Assembly: GCA_008369845.1 (NCBI GenBank)
Contig: MRSU01000164.1
Location: forward strand, 1 to 33,208
Direction: 5' to 3'
Length of the DNA: 33,208 bases
Source of the DNA: Trichomonas gallinae
Lineage: Eukaryota
Below are positions 10,101 to 20,789 of this stretch, piece by piece. Every line of letters begins with the position of its first letter. Within the stretch, counting starts at the first letter, position 1. The notes under the pieces are model-generated. The model worked only from the letters and a program-made list of their open reading frames with translations, searched no databases and had not been told where the DNA came from. Position numbers and translations under genes: made by a program.

Positions 10101-11638
10101 ATGTTTTCCCTGACACAGCTAACAAGATTGAAAGTGGCATTGACGATGCTTTGTTTGGTGTCGCCGATAACCTCAGCTATGGCTATCTCCTCGTTCCATC
10201 AGAAACAAGGCAGCTCTTCTTCGACACAGAAGACACGAATGGAACATCATACCACGACCTCTTCGTTAAGTTCGGTTATGTTTTCTCATTTGAAGTTGAC
10301 GTTTCAGAGATGCATTACATCACAACAAATGCTATAGACCCACAAATCAACAACAAGGACAACGATAGAATTGCTATGTGGATACACTACAACGATTACC
10401 ACCTTTCCACAGGTATTCTCGACAAGCTCGTAACGAACACATTCGTTGATATGAAGAATGTCATTGAATCGCAGCAGGCCATCGCAATTGCTACACCAGT
10501 TATTGGATTTTTGATTCTCACTGCTTTCTTGTCTGTCTTTATCTACTACCAGATGCAGATCTTGAGGACATTTAGGTTCACAATCATGACTCTATCAATG
10601 CTCGACCAGAAATTCATACAGACAAACGAGCGTCTGCTCGACATCGCTGCTGGTAACTTCACATCTGATGGCCAGAGTGACTCAATCCCATCTCACTATA
10701 TACAGTGCCTGAAGGAATCATCACAAGACGCAATTATCATCTGCAACAAGAACTTCGATATCATTGAGTCGAATGGGCCAGCTAAGCAGCTTTCATCACT
10801 TGGCGCGAATGCAAAGAACATCGAAGATATTATGGGAATCAACGACGAACTTCGCAAGGTTGCAGATTCATCATCAGCAATTATGCTCAATTTCAAGAAG
10901 CAGTTCAAAGCGCCAAACGGAAAGTTATACGAAATGGAGGCCTCTGCAACACAGACGAACAACGGAGAAATCATTATCATTCTCCACAGAGATCACGCTA
11001 ATGAGCAGCTCAAGGAAGAGAGACAGAAGACAGAAGAGAATCTCAAAAACCTCATCTACAGGATTCTCCCTCACGACTTCAGAGAAGCATTCCAAGAGCA
11101 GCCGTTCAAGACAGTCTTGTTCGAGAACATCCTCATTCTCGCAGTCAAGGCAAGGAACATCGTCATCAAGGAGGAAGAAGATGACGATGGAATCGAGAGA
11201 ATACTGACAATGATGGATCAGTTCAACAAAGCTGTTGTTGTTGCTTCTAAGAAATCGGATGATTGCGCGCTCGTCAAGAAGCACAACTTCATGTCAATTC
11301 TTGTCTTCAATATCAAATCCCAGAAGAAGACAATGCAGCAGCCACTTGCCATGGCCATTGATGTTGTCAAGGCAATCAAGGAAGAATGTGATAAGAACCA
11401 GATCGTTATTTCCGCGGTTGCTGTTGCTTCGAAGAACTGCATCATTGGTATTCCATCACTCAACAAAGCTACATTCAACATTTTTGCTCCAGAACTCCAG
11501 ACATGCATGACTGGAGTAGATACAGCAGGTGACAATGAGCTTGTTTGCCACCGCTTAGATAGAGAAATACCACAAAACCTTAGAGAGAAAGTTCGACAAG
11601 GTGAAGAATTCTCTCATATCATGATATCTGATTGTTAA
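7193..11638 (+). CDS. Large multi-pass membrane protein with PAS domain and degenerate class III nucleotide cyclase domain (trichomonad transmembrane adenylyl cyclase-like)
   Basis: ~1481 aa from the first ATG (7193; the track start is GTG). Many TM segments, a PAS-like SQDAIIICNKNFDIIESNGPA, a coiled coil ending NLIYRILP, then a cyclase-like fold lacking catalytic residues. Confidence 0.8.
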   Translation: MSKAKQILPKTLVQLICDTVYDYHLYILDNCVLPKFVYYFTRVYVTMATCLLFTNFHQSGTGLKPLEVFLNLYATELNEQWAMINFVIDMLVFGIMYISVIYFSILYTYRNYLSKFSSYFNVIMIEVIMPFMMLTTGSQIGNNVGLLYANIKNYTIWIYTIISLAWVLLSILCYNLFLSAYIPFIPGRSVAMSSSLQAFELNIITAVRILARGANATPGTNIAIAFRVCIAALLAYGIFMIIFWNIYHSRNYSAFIASVFCAGLVLDIFAIFLKLDWVIRLILFFGIILIGYFVIGFILKAVNKRIMAIFTALENEEISFEDAYPKINNTYLRHCYEAFKSGHPFMLTFKPLVYGSHNENTNPRIWRFYLRVLAIYNSRIYDLMNASQELKRLGYTDIKTQLFLRGIDHMIEIRSRKISKPCSLVLKNIQANTRSLRSTLVKYWQAIQSGEAGTAYAYGASAQHQMDEIEKSYVSTLTKWPNVPNIYKHYSRFLNYICFNRLKSEIYASAANMSRTVDFAEIQAKAVFPMIPIVLPDVESFLNQAQQQQNPDQAPSMLSSGSVGTDLERNEQEQEELTAQNTLYEMGKSCSVPINRAITIFTVLAFIILFVLGIVLTNILTLQKYDVYETLLQFLSSFTSLLFYTSRPVYRILSIISEAENISYNTTKVMQMLGAEDELDDVVSPFDQITSDISALWDNIDSLEKLRSKASAYIGNVSYILTSIKVKTNYLFINKKGAVKNNKNYIPLMSAITTHASFISEFSKDFVANPIPAKKERFFMRMLENNYRIMDVITSLSNYVTAHMLDYTKDFASTALTMTAVFSAISVLIFPIVLVLLRIQAIQYGHIIQSMHKIPSIVIIQHISELTPKTDDEKNNNAEAKLQIQDSHGIPTLLVSSLSVVCIIVFVAISFINYYMLTRSINKFKVLPYQMKNGALLANHIYDNIANLKRVWAFLNGKVFNADTDYMGTNVFPDTANKIESGIDDALFGVADNLSYGYLLVPSETRQLFFDTEDTNGTSYHDLFVKFGYVFSFEVDVSEMHYITTNAIDPQINNKDNDRIAMWIHYNDYHLSTGILDKLVTNTFVDMKNVIESQQAIAIATPVIGFLILTAFLSVFIYYQMQILRTFRFTIMTLSMLDQKFIQTNERLLDIAAGNFTSDGQSDSIPSHYIQCLKESSQDAIIICNKNFDIIESNGPAKQLSSLGANAKNIEDIMGINDELRKVADSSSAIMLNFKKQFKAPNGKLYEMEASATQTNNGEIIIILHRDHANEQLKEERQKTEENLKNLIYRILPHDFREAFQEQPFKTVLFENILILAVKARNIVIKEEEDDDGIERILTMMDQFNKAVVVASKKSDDCALVKKHNFMSILVFNIKSQKKTMQQPLAMAIDVVKAIKEECDKNQIVISAVAVASKNCIIGIPSLNKATFNIFAPELQTCMTGVDTAGDNELVCHRLDREIPQNLREKVRQGEEFSHIMISDC

Positions 11639-12227
11639 TAAAAATTTTCCATTTATATTTTAAAATCATTTGTTTCCATTCACACATATTTTTTCATCAC
11701 ACAATAAAAAAATCATATGTTACCATTCACAAAATAAACATAAATTTATGATGTACTGATCTAAACTCAAAGTTGTGCTGTTGTATTTTACCCATATGTT
11801 TTTCCAGGAGTTGTGAAAATGAATTTGATAATTTTTTTTTTCTCAGGGAACTTGGAGAAAGAATTTGACAATGTCGAAATGATCATTTTGTAGATTATAA
11901 ATTAAAGCTGTATTACTATCATATCCTTTTGCGTTCATATTAAACCAAGGAACTATGAGAAAAAGTTTGACATTTTCATGATGACTTGAATGTGAAACAT
12001 TAACAAAAGCTGTATTTATGCTATAATTTATTTGTTTTTACTTCTATTCCAAATATTATAAAAAGGAGACATGAAAGTTCATAATGGAATCCTTGTGAAA
12101 CATGAATAATGGTTACCAATAGCTCTAGTAGTGGTAAATGATAATATTTTGACATGTAAAGTATGATGTAGAGAAAATTGTCAAGAAATTTTCTAACGTA
12201 CAAAAATTTTCGTGTGAGAAAAAAAAA

Positions 12228-13598
12228 ATGATTTCGGCAACTTCTGGTCATTCATTTTATGAAGTTGTCCGAATTGCAATGCAGGAACTAGGCATAGAAT
12301 ACAAGGAAAACAGTGCCAGTTCCATTCTCGTTTGGTGGGATACGATAAAAGATCAAGATTATTTTCGCTCTTTGTATCCTTGGCAAGTTGTCAACAGACT
12401 CCCAAACGTTAATATAATCTGCCGGAAAGCTCCTTTTGTTCGTGCAATACAAAGAATTCAGAAATTTTTCCCAGAACAGTTCAATTATCTTCCTAAAAGC
12501 TATATTCTACCTCTTCAGAAGGACCTTTTCATGAATCAAGTCAACAAACATCAAAAAACTTACATCGTAAAACCCGATAATGGCGCCTTAGGGCAAGGAA
12601 TCGTTGTGATCAAGCCAATAGATTCGTATCAAGTTACAAATCACCTTTCCGTGGCTCAAGAGTACAAAAACTCATATTTAATTGAAGGATTTAAATTTGA
12701 TTTGCGTATTTACTGTTTAATTATAGGATCAGATAAATTAGACATCTATGTGTATCATGATGGAATTGCTAGGTTTTGCTCAGCACCTGCAGATTCCGGA
12801 GATCAGTTCGGACAGCTCACAAACACGGCTGTGAACATTAAGAACCCTTTGGTTACAGCTGAATCCATCACTAGAATCGTTTCAGACGTGTTTGCGGATC
12901 TAAAAAAGAAAGGCGCCGATATTGATAAATTATGGCATGATATAGAAAACGCTATGGCTCTTACTGTTCTTTCTGCCGCGCCTTTTATCATAAATGGAGC
13001 AAAATTGCAGTGCTCGGCAAACGGATATCCTCGTTGTTTCCAATTATTAGGTTTCGATGTTCTTCTCGATGAGAATTTGAAGCCTTGGATCCTTGAAGTG
13101 AACTATAGACCGTCACTTGAATATGGTACACAGAGTGAAAAGGCTCTAAAGATAAGAATGCTCAAAGAATTGATGTCAATTGCTTGTCCTTATGGAAACA
13201 TCGAATCTCAGCTTGTCTTTAAGAAAAAACCGATGCAACTTGATGCGTGGAGGACATTTATCAGCAAAAACATGCATTTAGTGTCCGAATCTGAACGAAA
13301 GAGACAAAATGCATCGCTGAACACAAAGTTTGTCAAGGTTTTTCCAGAAGTCACACCAGATAGAACTGTTTGGAATTCGATTTTCGAGCTGTCTATGACT
13401 CTTCCTTCAGAAATCGGAAATGGTTATCATCTTCCACGAGAATTGCCTTCTACATTCAAGCCAATAATAAAGGCACCAGAATCCTCACCGCATTCGCCTT
13501 CAGATCACTCTCCAAAGGTAAATAAAATTGTTCAGCAGAATAAGATCGTTAAGCCCAAAGTTAACACGAAGATTTCTCAATCTTTCCACAATAGATAA
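12228..13598 (+). CDS. Tubulin-tyrosine ligase-like (TTLL) protein, probable tubulin polyglutamylase
   Basis: TTL/ATP-grasp motifs: LPKSYILP, YIVKPDNGALGQGI, QEY...KFDLRIY, GIARF, LTN, FQLLGFDVLLDENLKPWILEVNYRPSL. Confidence 0.93.
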   Translation: MISATSGHSFYEVVRIAMQELGIEYKENSASSILVWWDTIKDQDYFRSLYPWQVVNRLPNVNIICRKAPFVRAIQRIQKFFPEQFNYLPKSYILPLQKDLFMNQVNKHQKTYIVKPDNGALGQGIVVIKPIDSYQVTNHLSVAQEYKNSYLIEGFKFDLRIYCLIIGSDKLDIYVYHDGIARFCSAPADSGDQFGQLTNTAVNIKNPLVTAESITRIVSDVFADLKKKGADIDKLWHDIENAMALTVLSAAPFIINGAKLQCSANGYPRCFQLLGFDVLLDENLKPWILEVNYRPSLEYGTQSEKALKIRMLKELMSIACPYGNIESQLVFKKKPMQLDAWRTFISKNMHLVSESERKRQNASLNTKFVKVFPEVTPDRTVWNSIFELSMTLPSEIGNGYHLPRELPSTFKPIIKAPESSPHSPSDHSPKVNKIVQQNKIVKPKVNTKISQSFHNR

Positions 13599-15865
13599 TC
13601 ATTTATGTTGTTTATAATAAAATATTGTTGTTATATTGTTTGATAAAATTAATTTCCGTGTTTTTCTCCGCATTCATAGCTCAAATTCATGAGCTCTCCT
13701 TGGTTCTCCACAAAATAAACGTTTTTATTGGTTTTCAAGATAATTCCATATTGAATCAAGAAATAACAATAAATCTGTTTGTAAATCATTGTGTGTATTA
13801 GCTACTACGAACACTTTTGAAATATTAAGTTTCTGGTCTAATTTATTTAATTTTGATGGAAATTAAAGATATTTTATGAAATAATAAATGTAATTTTATA
13901 TCCATATTCCAAAAATAGCTTCTATAATTCCTGTGTATTATGTTGTTAATCTGAAATTGAGCAATTTTTTATACCAAATCGAACAGATCCTGACCTAATA
14001 TAAAGAAGACCTCATTAGCAAAATATTTCTCTCATAACACTATGGAAACGCCAAATATGAAACATTTTGGTAATTTTATCAAAGGACAGAGTAATCAACA
14101 GATAATGATATAGTTTTAAGACTAACCAAGGTGATAAATATGATATTATAGAGTAATATTCTGGTTATACTAAGTTTAATTAAAATTTTACCAAAATTTA
14201 ATTCCATAGAAAAATATAACTATTTGGCCTATAAAAATATTACTTATAATATAGAAATCATTAGATATCGAATTTTAAAAATTTATCAATAAAACTTGCC
14301 ATGTAAAATACTTTTATGACAAGTAAATTTTTTATAGAAACGATGAAGATTTTTTTGTTGTTTTAAAATGGTTGTATATTATTTACAATATAATATTTTG
14401 TAATTTTTATAAATAACGATAGGAGAAGTTTGGTCTGATATCAGTTTGAGAAGAAAAGAGACAAATAATGCAACAACAACTCATTTTAAATAATAAAAAA
14501 TTATCCTTTATACCTAAGTATGTTAAATATATGTTGGATGAAATTAACTTGTGCTGTGAAAAATTCGAATAAAATTCAGGAACTGGAGTTCGTGCATTTG
14601 CTCATGAACTATATGTGTAAATATATGAATATAGCCGAAATCTAAGGAGTATTTTGTATTCTAATTAATCATAACCTCGCAAGAAAATGTAGTTTATAGG
14701 TGTGAGAGTATTTCACAGGTGTATGTATGATTGTGATTACAGTTTTCATCTCCTTTTAGGGTTTTAGCGAAATTGGTGATCGCAAATTAATAATCGAGGA
14801 TTCTGAATGATAAATGCGTAGGAATAGTTATTAACTCAGAATTGGGTTTTGATAATTCACTGAAAAGTCATAAAGAATAACTGATTCAAAAAAATTTCAA
14901 CGAATCTTATTGGTTACGAATAACTTTTGGGGAAACTAATGTACATGCATAGTTCTGATAATAGATGAATAAAAAATGTACAAAAAGTGTGATATTCATA
15001 TCGTCCAAATACGGGCTATCGATTTTAAGGCCAGCGAATGAAATACAGCAATGCATATAGTGAAATATATAATAGTTTGGGTCGATAAGAGGAAATAAAA
15101 GAATTTGTTATTTTGTTGAAATATAACCTGGCATAATTTTTGGTTTTTATGGCAATAGAAGGCTTTTATTGTGCATTATAAGATATTTAAAGAGGAAGAG
15201 ATAGCGATTAATTGAAACTGAAGGTAAAATTCATAAAAAATAAAAACATATAATTTTTAAGGCCTTACTACACTGATAATAAAAAAATGATAAAAAAGTT
15301 GAAGCATAAAATTAAGTGCAGAATCAAAAAAAAAAAACACCGTATTTTTTGAGAACTTTGAAAAAAATGTTAACTGAAAATTAGTGTTATCGGCATAGAA
15401 ATAAGAGGGAAATGGGATGGCTGATACCTTAGGCGGATGATACTGGTTTAATTTGAAGGTGAATTTCAGAGATGAGGTTTCAATGAATTTTTACAACTTA
15501 TTGAAAAGATTGACAATAAAAAAAGCATAAAATCTAAATTGTCCATAATTCAATAAGCATCATACCACTGATTATTTTTTAGATTGATTTGCAATGAAAA
15601 GTAAAATTTTTCTGAAATTATGCGGCAAGAATTTGAGAAACGATAAAAATCATTGATTTGTTTTATACGTATTGAATATGCATAACCCAATAGTCATAAT
15701 TTTATCAAAGAACGTAAAAAAGTTTCAAAAAAGTGACATTCAATTCTCAAGATTTTGATTAGAAACTATATGCTTATAATAGTATAAATTGGTGGTTTTC
15801 TACGAAAGAAATTCAGACATGTGACCAAAGATCACAAAATTGGTTTTATAAAATTGTAAGTAAAA

Positions 15866-15896
15866 GGCGGTTTAATAAATTTTATTAATTGTCATT
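15866..15896 (+). promoter_or_regulatory. Trichomonad core promoter: M3-like GGCGGTTT plus Inr TCATT
   Basis: GGCGGTTT at 15866-15873, TCATT at 15892-15896, ATG at 15905. Confidence 0.6.
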
Positions 15897-15904
15897 TTGA
15901 AATA

Positions 15905-16180
15905 ATGTTCGCATACCAGAACGACTACCAGACATCCCAGTGCTACAACTATAGCAAGCACTCATGCCCAGACCAGCACTGCTGGAATCCAGTACGCTCA
16001 TCTACATTTTTCCAGAGCTCTTCCTACAACTTTAACTCAAGCGCATCGAGTGATGATAGTTCAGAGGAGTCTAACATCTCCCTTCAGGAAATGAGCCCAT
16101 TCAACCGCTACTACTCCGCTCATTACTTCCAGTCATCCAATAACTCCATCTACACAACCTCAAATTGTTTTAATCTCTAA
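15905..16180 (+). CDS. Hypothetical 91-aa Ser/Tyr/Asn/Gln-rich protein
   Basis: C-ending codon bias (ttc, tac, aac, gac, tcc) stands out from the AT-rich flanks. Inr-like TCATT at 15892 and GGCGGTTT at 15866 lie upstream. Confidence 0.65.
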   Translation: MFAYQNDYQTSQCYNYSKHSCPDQHCWNPVRSSTFFQSSSYNFNSSASSDDSSEESNISLQEMSPFNRYYSAHYFQSSNNSIYTTSNCFNL

Positions 16181-19100
16181 GCATTTCATGCACTCTATTA
16201 CCTTGTTTGTTATTATAAATTAGTATTTTATTACTTTTGTCTTTTTCCTCAATCCTTTTCCAGCGAAAATTGCATAATACGTTTCATATCGAAAAAGTTC
16301 ATTTTACTTAAAATATATGATTAGCATCGTATCTAAAGCACATATATCTCGAAATCGATTGCGAAAAACGTACAAAAAATTTCAAATTTTATGAGCATAA
16401 ATTTTTGAGAACTTAATATTTTCTTGGATCTGAAATTTTGTAATCGGGAATTTATGCGATGAAAATATTGTAATGTTCTTAATAAGGAAAATAGATTCCG
16501 TCAGATCAATTCTTTGAGTTTCCAATTGATAAGTTTATTCTATATTTGAATATGATCGCAAATTTTTCGTAATATGAATCAATTAGTATACACATTCTTG
16601 ACAATTTTTGCAGAGTATTAAAAATTCTCAATTTTTTCAGAGTATCGGTTTGACAATAGAAAATTGAAGAGACTTGATATTATTCTTCTCTCAAATCTCT
16701 CCATCGAAAAGTTTCCAAAACTAGAAAATTTACTTTATTAAGTTTATTACAATTTGACATATTTTCGTTTCTCAATTTTATTTTTTCAATAACGAATTTT
16801 TGCATAAACATCTGAAAACCGTATTTTTTCATGAGTATTTTTTCGATTAACACACATAGTTTCACTTCTAGGTTTATAATTTAGTGGCAAAGTTTTTAAT
16901 TTTATTCCTCATTTTTTTCAAGGCTTTTTTACATTTTTTATACTTTTATATTTTTTTATACAAATCACATCTTCTTTTGGACCTAAACCAGACCAAGTAT
17001 AATCCGCTTGTCTTAAATTAAAAATTCAAATCATTTGTCAAAAATTTCTCAACGATATTGAACTCGTTGCTTGCTGATTTTTTGGTCATATTCTAGAGTT
17101 CTTCGTTTATATGATATCACATACCAAAGATTTTCGCGCAAAATTTTTGAATAAAAATTTTATGTAAATTTTATCACTTTCTCATATTTGTTTGATCTTT
17201 TCAAAAAATTTCATAAAAAAATTTTAACATCTCTAGTTATAAATTGCCTATTTTTAAATATCTTTTCTCGAAAAATTTATGGACGTTTATTCTTCATATA
17301 AATTTAACATTAAATTGTTTTTCCATTGATATAGAGCTTATTATTATGATACGCACTAAATAAACTTGTTTTTTGAATTTAAGAGACAAAAAATTAAATT
17401 TTATCATCAACTATCGAAGATACCTATAGAACTATAGGTTATCTATCAGAATTCATATGAGATTTATCCATGAACCATCAAATGTCATAAAAATCTCACA
17501 CGTCTTCTGAATTTGGACTGATTCATGTGATAAATGTTGCTAATAGACCTTCATTGCATCATATTTAGTTGAGATTCGTCGCAAAAATCAACTGATCGGA
17601 ATAAACAAAAATCTTCTCATTGAAATATATCTTTCCGGCAAAATAACCTATCCAAAATACGCTTATAGATATCAGGGTCTCATAGTAATTGCTTAAAATG
17701 CGTTTATAATAACGTTGAATCACAGATCTTTTCGGATATTAAATATTTTATCCAATTCTCGCACAGTTATTTTGTATAAATCAGATCTAGTCATTCCCAA
17801 TATCATTATTCTTTGTCCTTTGATATAAAAATTATCATCAGTCATATTTTTCGCGCAATTTTTCCTTACAAGACCACTAATATCCTATTTTAGCGTAATT
17901 CTCGTATATACTATGATATGATTTATCATTTTTACATGAGAAAATAAGTTGGTCATTCGAATATGATGGAAATTTATGATTTTACGCGGGATTCGCTTAT
18001 AAACACGAAATCACTGTGAAAATAGATTCACATTCATATGTAGTAGCATATAAACATACTCTCGTCCTGATATCATGTGAGGCTAATCATCTAAACGTGC
18101 GAACAAACAGAATGCATCGAGATGCATTATAACCCACTTAACCTATTGTTATACTCCCCAGGATCATATATATGAGCAGTTCAATCGATTCATATAAAAG
18201 AACAAATGAATAATCTTCTATTCGTGTGAAAAACGTGTAACCTTATGATATCATGACCTATGCAGCCTATATTATTATAATCTGCAGTGTTTTTAGCTCA
18301 AAATTAGTTTATGGCGATTTCTCTCTTCGAATTTCCTTATCTAACATATATTTTGCAATTTATTTGGTATAATTTGGGGATTTATGTTATGTTATAGCCA
18401 AATCATGCAATAATGCATCAGATGTTGGCAAAAATCAAAAATCAAATTTATCAACTTGTTTTCCATCTTGAAATTGTTTAATATTATTGATATCTTGGTC
18501 ACATATATGCTAATATGCATAATTAGAATCATTAAAACCAAAAAATGACTCAGCGTCAACAATTCACGGTCAGAGGCGTGATTGTAACCCTAACGAATGA
18601 GATAAATAATATATTGTCGTGTGTTATATAAGAAAACAGTAGAAATGGTCGATGTCACGCTTGAAGAATTTTTTCAATAAATGTTGAATCCACTAAAATC
18701 ACAATAAATTTCAAATTGATATTAGAATGTTAATACTATAAATATGGGTATTACAGCCTTACAGTAAAAATCGAATCTTATGATAAAAATATTATCCTAA
18801 AATTACATCCATCGCAATGAATGTGTTTATTTCTAGAATTAGTATCTATATAAGATGATATCATATAATTCAACTTGAATATGCCTTAAACACAAAATAA
18901 TCCGTAATATTTTTGGATATTTACCAAACCTTATTCAGCCTTTAACTTATTTGATGTATTTTTGATATACATATGCCTTCGCTATGCTATGTCTATGTTG
19001 CTGAGCGAAATTCACGCTGATAAAAATATTTCATGATTTCACTCATAATCTTATTCAATGAACTGCATCAGATGCATGTGTGTTACATGAATTTAAAGAC

Positions 19101-19523
19101 CGTGAACCATAATTTCGTGCCACCCACACCAATAGATCAAGCAAATGCAAAAACGATCGTTTATTCGATAATCATTCATGCTATATATAGATTTATACAC
19201 TAAAGCTATATCTGAATATAAATACAGATATTAAGAGTTGTTTTATGAATGTTTTAAATTTGAATAATGATAAATTTCATAGAATTAACAAAAATCTCTA
19301 ATTATTAGTGTGTATACAACTATCTCATATGATTCTTATAAATGAAAATGTTATTTGATGACAATTTTTTTGAGAATTTTAATTTTTACGTTTTATCATT
19401 CAACAAGCAAAGAATAGTATAAAGATCCTTAAAAATAAATGTTTAATAAAATGATTTTGTTTCAATATTGATTTAAAAAAATTTTATAATAAAAAAAAGA
19501 ATGATTTAGTTGGAAACATTGTT

Positions 19524-20789
19524 TTATCTAGTTAAATTTTCGATCTGGGTTATAACAGACTTGCTGATTTGTTCTTTTGCGATAATCTGATCGACAACTT
19601 CCTTAATCTTGCTCTCTGGAATAATTTTCATGCAAAACAGGTAAACTAAGAGGCGGAAGTTGAAGAGACGGTACCACCATGGGCAATATGGCGTAGAGTT
19701 CAAATATCCCTTGACATCGTTGATTGATGGGTATTCAGACAGCGACGGGAAGTTTTCGACATCAGGGAAGTGAGATCTTGCTGGACGAATACGAAGAGTG
19801 CAAAGAGCGAAATTGACATCAAATTCTTTGGATCTCTTTGTGCCGAGTTTGACTTCTTCCTTGAACTTAAGGAGGATAGGAGATGTGCTCTGATCGAATA
19901 AATCCTTCTGATATGATTTAACAGCAGCATCATTAACTTGGAAGGCTTCAGCTGAGTTTGCTGTGGCGATAATTGTTGTAAAGTGCTCAGATATTTCAGC
20001 TTGATACTTGGCTGCGAGTTTAATCATGTATTCAGTAATTGGATGATCATTATCGAACTTTTCGCACGAGATGGCCATGCCTACGCAGTCCATTCCGAAT
20101 GCTTGCGCAATACGTCTGACTAAATTCATATCGAATTCCTCTAAAATCTGGAAGTGATCGACAAAATTCTTTTGCTGTGGTTCAAGGCTGCAGTGAACAG
20201 TTACTTTGCCTGTATATTTCTCGACACGTCCGAACAGGAACATAACCCTGTGTGTCTTGTATCCATTCTGATAAGCTGCGCGGAAGAATGGATCCAAAAT
20301 CTTAGATTGTGGAATACGGATGGCGAAAACGCTAGACATTTCTTTAGTACCGAAATGCGGGATGCCACGATCGCGGACATTCATCATTTCCGTTGTGACG
20401 ACTCTAGGGCCGAAAGCTCTTGCTCTCGCTAAGATTGCTTCTCTTTCTTCTGGTGGAACGTCATCACCCATGATGTCGACGCCGACGTCCTGCTTTTCAA
20501 GCTGCTCGCCGAACTTTAAATTTGATGGAATTTCAGCGCTATTGACTACATCCATGTAAAGCATTGTTCTGTTCTTAATTTTGGCCTTAACTAATGAAAT
20601 ATTTCTGCTGATTTTGTTTGTGAACTTGCAATCGTAATATAATTCCATTTGATCGGGTCTAAGACCAGTTATTTTCGAAAGCTCTTCGATGACGCTTTCT
20701 ATTTCCTGTCTTAAACTAACTTTCAATTTGATTGTGCCACGAGCCCATTGTACGGCAATGGTAGTCATTGATTTAAAAAATTTTGTCAT
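19524..20789 (-). CDS. NPL4: NPL4-like Cdc48/p97 cofactor (N-terminal ubiquitin-like domain plus MPN-like NPL4 domain)
   Basis: N-terminal UBL-like region, RVMFLFGR...VTVHCSLEPQQ (cf. R.G.LYG...V.AIYEPPQ), GMDCVG, LAAKYQ, EAFQV. Start is ATG 20789 or 20768. The stop TAA sits within TAAA. Confidence 0.75.
   Translation of the reverse strand: MTKFFKSMTTIAVQWARGTIKLKVSLRQEIESVIEELSKITGLRPDQMELYYDCKFTNKISRNISLVKAKIKNRTMLYMDVVNSAEIPSNLKFGEQLEKQDVGVDIMGDDVPPEEREAILARARAFGPRVVTTEMMNVRDRGIPHFGTKEMSSVFAIRIPQSKILDPFFRAAYQNGYKTHRVMFLFGRVEKYTGKVTVHCSLEPQQKNFVDHFQILEEFDMNLVRRIAQAFGMDCVGMAISCEKFDNDHPITEYMIKLAAKYQAEISEHFTTIIATANSAEAFQVNDAAVKSYQKDLFDQSTSPILLKFKEEVKLGTKRSKEFDVNFALCTLRIRPARSHFPDVENFPSLSEYPSINDVKGYLNSTPYCPWWYRLFNFRLLVYLFCMKIIPESKIKEVVDQIIAKEQISKSVITQIENLTR

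Noticed and set aside
11978..11984. ATGATGA, a possible snoRNA box C
   Set aside because: No box D (CTGA) or terminal stem at a suitable distance.
14121..14130. ACTAACCAAG resembling a trichomonad branch point/3' splice site
   Set aside because: Spacing differs from ACTAACACACAG and there are no flanking exons. ACTAAC copies inside ORFs (near 7352 and 23103) lack a properly placed AG, and those frames are open.
15266..15277. Minus-strand ATCAGTGTAGTA resembling the U2 snRNA branch-point recognition sequence
   Set aside because: No U2 stem I upstream, no ATCTG/stem II downstream, and the flanks are simple A/T runs.
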